From assembly GCA_001552015.1 (NCBI GenBank), contig CP010514.1, forward strand, positions 1 to 32,000: a stretch of 32,000 bases of DNA. The letters are read 5' to 3'. A model generated the notes under the pieces. It was not told the origin of the DNA. It was given only the letters and a program-made list of their open reading frames with translations, and searched no databases. This DNA comes from Candidatus Nanopusillus acidilobi. Its GTDB lineage: Archaea > Nanobdellota > Nanobdellia > Nanobdellales > Nanobdellaceae. Below are positions 29,140 through 32,000 of the stretch, one piece after another (position 1 is the first letter of the stretch; each line of letters opens with the position of its first letter). The position numbers were made by a program, and so were the translations under genes.

Positions 29140-29564
29140 CACTAACATACGAAGAAATGTTAGATGAAGCATATAAGAAATTGGGTAGTATAAAAGTTTT
29201 ACATGGATCTATGTTGGGATCGATAAATATACCATTACCAAAAATAAATTATGTTGGAAAATGGACATCTATAGAAAATGCTGGAACAATTTGTGATATA
29301 GTAAATAGAGACATAAATTTATTGGCAGAATTTTTACAAAAGGAATTTAATGTTGCATCAAAAATTGAAGATAAGAAAATAATATTACAGAAAAGGATAG
29401 AATTTGATAAAATAAAGGCAAAGATAGATAAATTTATAGATATATTTGTTAGATGTCCAATATGTAAAAAGTTAGATACAAGATTGGAAAAGAGGGAAAG
29501 GGTATATATTATTAAATGCCTGGCCTGTGGTGCAGAAAGTCCTGTAATATATAAGTTAAAATGA
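29136..29564 (+). CDS. Translation initiation factor aIF2 beta
   Basis: YVGKWTSIENAGTICDIVNRD...LLAEFLQKEF...KIDKFIDIFVRCPICKKLDTRL...IIKCLACGAESPV. Confidence 0.93.
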   Translation: MTLTYEEMLDEAYKKLGSIKVLHGSMLGSINIPLPKINYVGKWTSIENAGTICDIVNRDINLLAEFLQKEFNVASKIEDKKIILQKRIEFDKIKAKIDKFIDIFVRCPICKKLDTRLEKRERVYIIKCLACGAESPVIYKLK

Positions 29565-29848
29565 TATTGGTAAAAAAATATAGGGATAGTTATGGATATG
29601 CTCTAGTTTTATGTGATAAAAATTTATATGGAAAAAGATTTGAGGAAGGGGAATTTGTATTAGAATTAAATGAATTTTTTAAGGGAGAAGAAAAGGAAAA
29701 AATTGATGAAAAAGATTTTGAAGATATATATTTTATATATGCTGTTGGAGAAGAATCTGTAAATATATTAAAAGAGAAAAAAATAATTGAAGAAAAAGAT
29801 ATTAAAAGAATTGCAGGAATACCATATACTTTTGTTATATATTTATGA
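29561..29848 (+). CDS. DUF424-family protein
   Basis: ALVLCDKNLYGKRFEEGEFVLELNEFFKGE...GEESVNILKEKKIIEEKDIKRIAGIPYTFVI matches the archaeal DUF424 pattern. Confidence 0.8.
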   Translation: MILVKKYRDSYGYALVLCDKNLYGKRFEEGEFVLELNEFFKGEEKEKIDEKDFEDIYFIYAVGEESVNILKEKKIIEEKDIKRIAGIPYTFVIYL

Positions 29849-30360
29849 AGAGGATTTGTCCATCCTGTGGAAGAGAAGTTGAAAAATTATATGATGGTTT
29901 ATGTTATGAATGTTATTTAAAAATAAATAAAAAAGAAGAGAAAAAAGAGAAAGTATATATATGTAAGTATTGTGGAAGAATAAAATATCATAATAAATGG
30001 TATAATAATCTTGATATAGAAAATTTTGAATATGAATATACTGTTTGTCCAAGATGTAAAGGTTTAATTAAAAAAGCAAATCTAATTTTACAAATAAGAG
30101 GATATAATAAAAATATTGAAGATGAAATATTAAAAATAGCAAAGAAAAATAGAGATATAATAAAAAAGGTAAATGAAATAAATGAAAATGATCTTGATAT
30201 ATATTTATATGTAGGAAAAAATAGGATAAAGAGCTATTATAATATATTAAAAAAATATGGGGAAGTAAAATTAAGTAAAAAATTGTTTAGCTATGATAAA
30301 AAAAGTGGAAATAAAAAATATATTGTAACAATATTACTAAGGGGTGAAGAAGATACATGA
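29845..30360 (+). CDS. NMD3-related protein, N-terminal zinc region type
   Basis: ICPSCGREVEKLYDGLCYECYLK, ICKYCGRIKYHNKWY, CPRCKG; archaeal NMD3-like arrangement. Confidence 0.75.
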   Translation: MKRICPSCGREVEKLYDGLCYECYLKINKKEEKKEKVYICKYCGRIKYHNKWYNNLDIENFEYEYTVCPRCKGLIKKANLILQIRGYNKNIEDEILKIAKKNRDIIKKVNEINENDLDIYLYVGKNRIKSYYNILKKYGEVKLSKKLFSYDKKSGNKKYIVTILLRGEEDT

Positions 30361-30536
30361 AAAACCTTATAAAAGTTTACATAATAATAAAGGGTATGGA
30401 CTGGGAAGACCTAAAAAGGAGGATAAAGGAACTGAGAATGAAAGAAGAGGATGAAGGAGAAGGTTGGGAAGAATATGAAGAAGAGGATTGGGATTTGGAA
30501 GAAGATTGGGACGAGGAAGGGGAAGATGAATGGTAA
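30357..30536 (+). CDS. Small acidic, Trp-rich-tail protein (59 aa), hypothetical
   Basis: Manual translation: MKNLIKVYIIIKGMDWEDLKRRIKELRMKEEDEGEGWEEYEEEDWDLEEDWDEEGEDEW*; ATGA overlap with the NMD3-like ORF; below track cutoff. Confidence 0.6.
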   Translation: MKNLIKVYIIIKGMDWEDLKRRIKELRMKEEDEGEGWEEYEEEDWDLEEDWDEEGEDEW

Positions 30537-30568
30537 TTTATTAATGTTTAATTTATAATATTTTTTAA

Positions 30569-30874
30569 ATGTCTCTTTTCGAAGAAGAAGGAGTTCCTGT
30601 TCCTAAGGATAGGCAAGTTATAGGAATAATTGAGGAGGTTGTTGGTTGGGCACATGCAAGGGTAAGATGTTTTGATGGAAAAACAAGAATATGTAGAGTT
30701 CCACAAAATAAGAAAATGCATAAGAATATATGGTTAAAAAAGGGTACATATGTATTAGTAGAACCATGGGAGTTACAATCTGATAAAAAAGGAGATATAT
30801 TATATTCATATACAGATTCAGAAGTTGAATGGCTAAAAAAGAAAGGATATTTAAAGATTGAGGAAGAGTTTTAG
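30569..30874 (+). CDS. Translation initiation factor aIF1A
   Basis: VIGIIEEVVGWAHARVRCFDGKTRICRVP...KKMHKNIWLKKGTYVLVEPWELQSDKKGDILYSY. Confidence 0.93.
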   Translation: MSLFEEEGVPVPKDRQVIGIIEEVVGWAHARVRCFDGKTRICRVPQNKKMHKNIWLKKGTYVLVEPWELQSDKKGDILYSYTDSEVEWLKKKGYLKIEEEF

Positions 30875-30944
30875 GGCCCGTAGTCTAGTGGCAGGACGGT
30901 GGGCTCCAGACCCATTGACGGGGGTTCGAATCCCCCCGGGCCCA
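30874..30944 (+). tRNA. tRNA-Trp(CCA), intronless and contiguous
   Basis: GGGCCCG TA GTCT AGTGGCA GGAC G GTGGG CTCCAGA CCCAT TGAC GGGGG TTCGAAT CCCCC CGGGCCC A; 71 nt, all stems pair. Confidence 0.95.
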
Positions 30945-30983
30945 AGACCGACTACTAAAAGATAATATAAAAAGGGTTTTAAA

Positions 30984-31172
30984 TTAAATATTGTAATTGT
31001 TTGATATATTGCCAAATGTTTGATTTAAAGCATTATTTGATGTATTTGATAAATTTTGTTGAGATGATGAGATTTTCAAAGTTTGAGGGACTACAAAAAT
31101 TATAACTACTACTAAAACAATAAGTCCAATTATTAAAAAAAATACAAAATCTATAGCATCAGATCTTTTCAT
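30984..31172 (-). CDS. Small single-TM protein with N-terminal pilin-like hydrophobic segment
   Basis: MKRSDAIDFVFFLIIGLIVLVVVIIFVVPQ followed by an Asn/Ser-rich tail (62 aa). Confidence 0.55.
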   Translation of the reverse strand: MKRSDAIDFVFFLIIGLIVLVVVIIFVVPQTLKISSSQQNLSNTSNNALNQTFGNISNNYNI

Positions 31173-31210
31173 ATTTTAATTTATTATATAAAAGATGAAC
31201 TTATAAAAGA

Positions 31211-31576
31211 TTAGGATGGGCACACCAACTCATCACCCATGGTTGTGCAAGTTATAGTTGTAGTCGTAGTTATAATCGTAGACGTAAATTCTCCATTCTC
31301 CCCCACTCCATAAGACGTAGTTGTAGTCGTAGTTGTAATTATAGTTGTAGAATATTGGGATGAGCTAGATCCGCCGTTTACTTGATTTGATATATTATTT
31401 ATTGCTTGACCTGTTTGATTTGTTTGATTCAATGTTGGATTTAATACATTTTGTGTTCCAGTTATTCCCTTAGAAAATGTACCTGTAAAGAATAATACTA
31501 CAACTATTAAGGCAACAAGTGCTATTATCAATATAATAATTGTATTAATTGCTATGGATTGGCCTTTCTTTACCAT
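31211..31576 (-). CDS. Pilin-like surface protein with Ser/Thr-rich C-terminus
   Basis: MVKKGQSIAINTIIILIIALVALIVVVLFF (archaeal KKGQ-type N-terminus), then Asn/Gln-rich and Thr-run regions. Confidence 0.65.
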   Translation of the reverse strand: MVKKGQSIAINTIIILIIALVALIVVVLFFTGTFSKGITGTQNVLNPTLNQTNQTGQAINNISNQVNGGSSSSQYSTTIITTTTTTTSYGVGENGEFTSTIITTTTTITCTTMGDELVCPS

Positions 31577-31628
31577 AAATTTTTATACAATTTCTATATT
31601 TTTAAATTTTTTATAAAAGATTAATTTT

Positions 31629-32000
31629 ATGTGGATATTAAGAGAAAAATTAAAAGATTATGATATAGAATTTTCTGAACCTCCAAAAAATTTAGATTAT
31701 GATATATCTATTAAATTATTCAAAGAAATAAAAAAAGGAAAAGATCCAAATATATTAGTAAATGAAATAATTGAAAAAATAAAAGAATTTGTTTCGGATT
31801 ATAAGTTTTTAAATGGATATTTAAATATTAAATTGAATAAAGAAAAATTATTAGAAAACTATAGAAAATTATTTGATTTTGAAAAAAAGAATATTAGAGT
31901 ATTTTTAGAGCATACATCTGCAAATCCAAATAAAGCATTACATATAGGTCATTTAAGAAATTCAATGATTGGAGATTCTTTATATAGATTGTTTAAAACA
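31629..32000 (+). CDS. argS: Arginyl-tRNA synthetase, N-terminal part (truncated by window end)
   Basis: ATG at 31629 gives MWILREKLKDYDIEFSEPPKNLDYDIS...VFLEHTSANPNKALHIGHLRNSMIGDSLYRLFK (HIGH-type motif). Confidence 0.93.
   Translation, partial: MWILREKLKDYDIEFSEPPKNLDYDISIKLFKEIKKGKDPNILVNEIIEKIKEFVSDYKFLNGYLNIKLNKEKLLENYRKLFDFEKKNIRVFLEHTSANPNKALHIGHLRNSMIGDSLYRLFKT

Noticed and set aside
27396-30809. Minus-strand ORFs opposite mcm, the OB-fold gene, DUF424/NMD3 and aIF1A
   Set aside because: Shadow ORFs with low-complexity sequence; plus-strand genes are tightly packed and recognisable.
31240-31355. Non-coding tandem repeat or CRISPR-like array
   Set aside because: Degenerate GTAGTYGTA units are explained by Thr codons in the minus-strand pilin-like ORF; no spacer structure.
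1-32000. New defence or RNA-guided system
   Set aside because: No nuclease/helicase cassette, array, retron-like or toxin-antitoxin arrangement could be supported anywhere in the window.

Overview
AT-rich, gene-dense archaeal chromosome segment. The content looks nanoarchaeal (DPANN), but this is inference from gene content, gene miniaturisation and tRNA features; I cannot assign a species. Most of the window is information processing: Orc1/Cdc6, DNA PolD small subunit, RpoL, PIN-PilT-type ATPase, ABCE1, type IA topoisomerase, Tmk, aCPSF1, proteasome beta, TBP, IleRS, EF-1alpha, MCM, an OB-fold/wHTH protein, aIF2beta, DUF424, NMD3-like, aIF1A, and the start of ArgRS. I support two tRNA genes: tRNA-Ile(UAU) with an 18-nt bulge-helix-bulge intron, and tRNA-Trp(CCA) overlapping the aIF1A stop codon by 1 nt. 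The main unusual region is a compositionally foreign island (~24.15-26.36 kb) between EF-1alpha and tRNA-Ile. It holds a DHA2-like MFS exporter, a tRNA-3'-end-like fragment, a near-perfect 20-nt direct repeat on both sides of the exporter, and decayed coding-like segments. Other points of interest are a permease-like/SAM-methyltransferase fusion divergent from a shortened GH1-like protein, a truncated NFACT/RqcH N-terminal protein, a Thr-rich pilin-like protein with an internal duplication, and several small ORFs below the track cutoff. I found no CRISPR array, recognisable defence system, intein or intact transposase.
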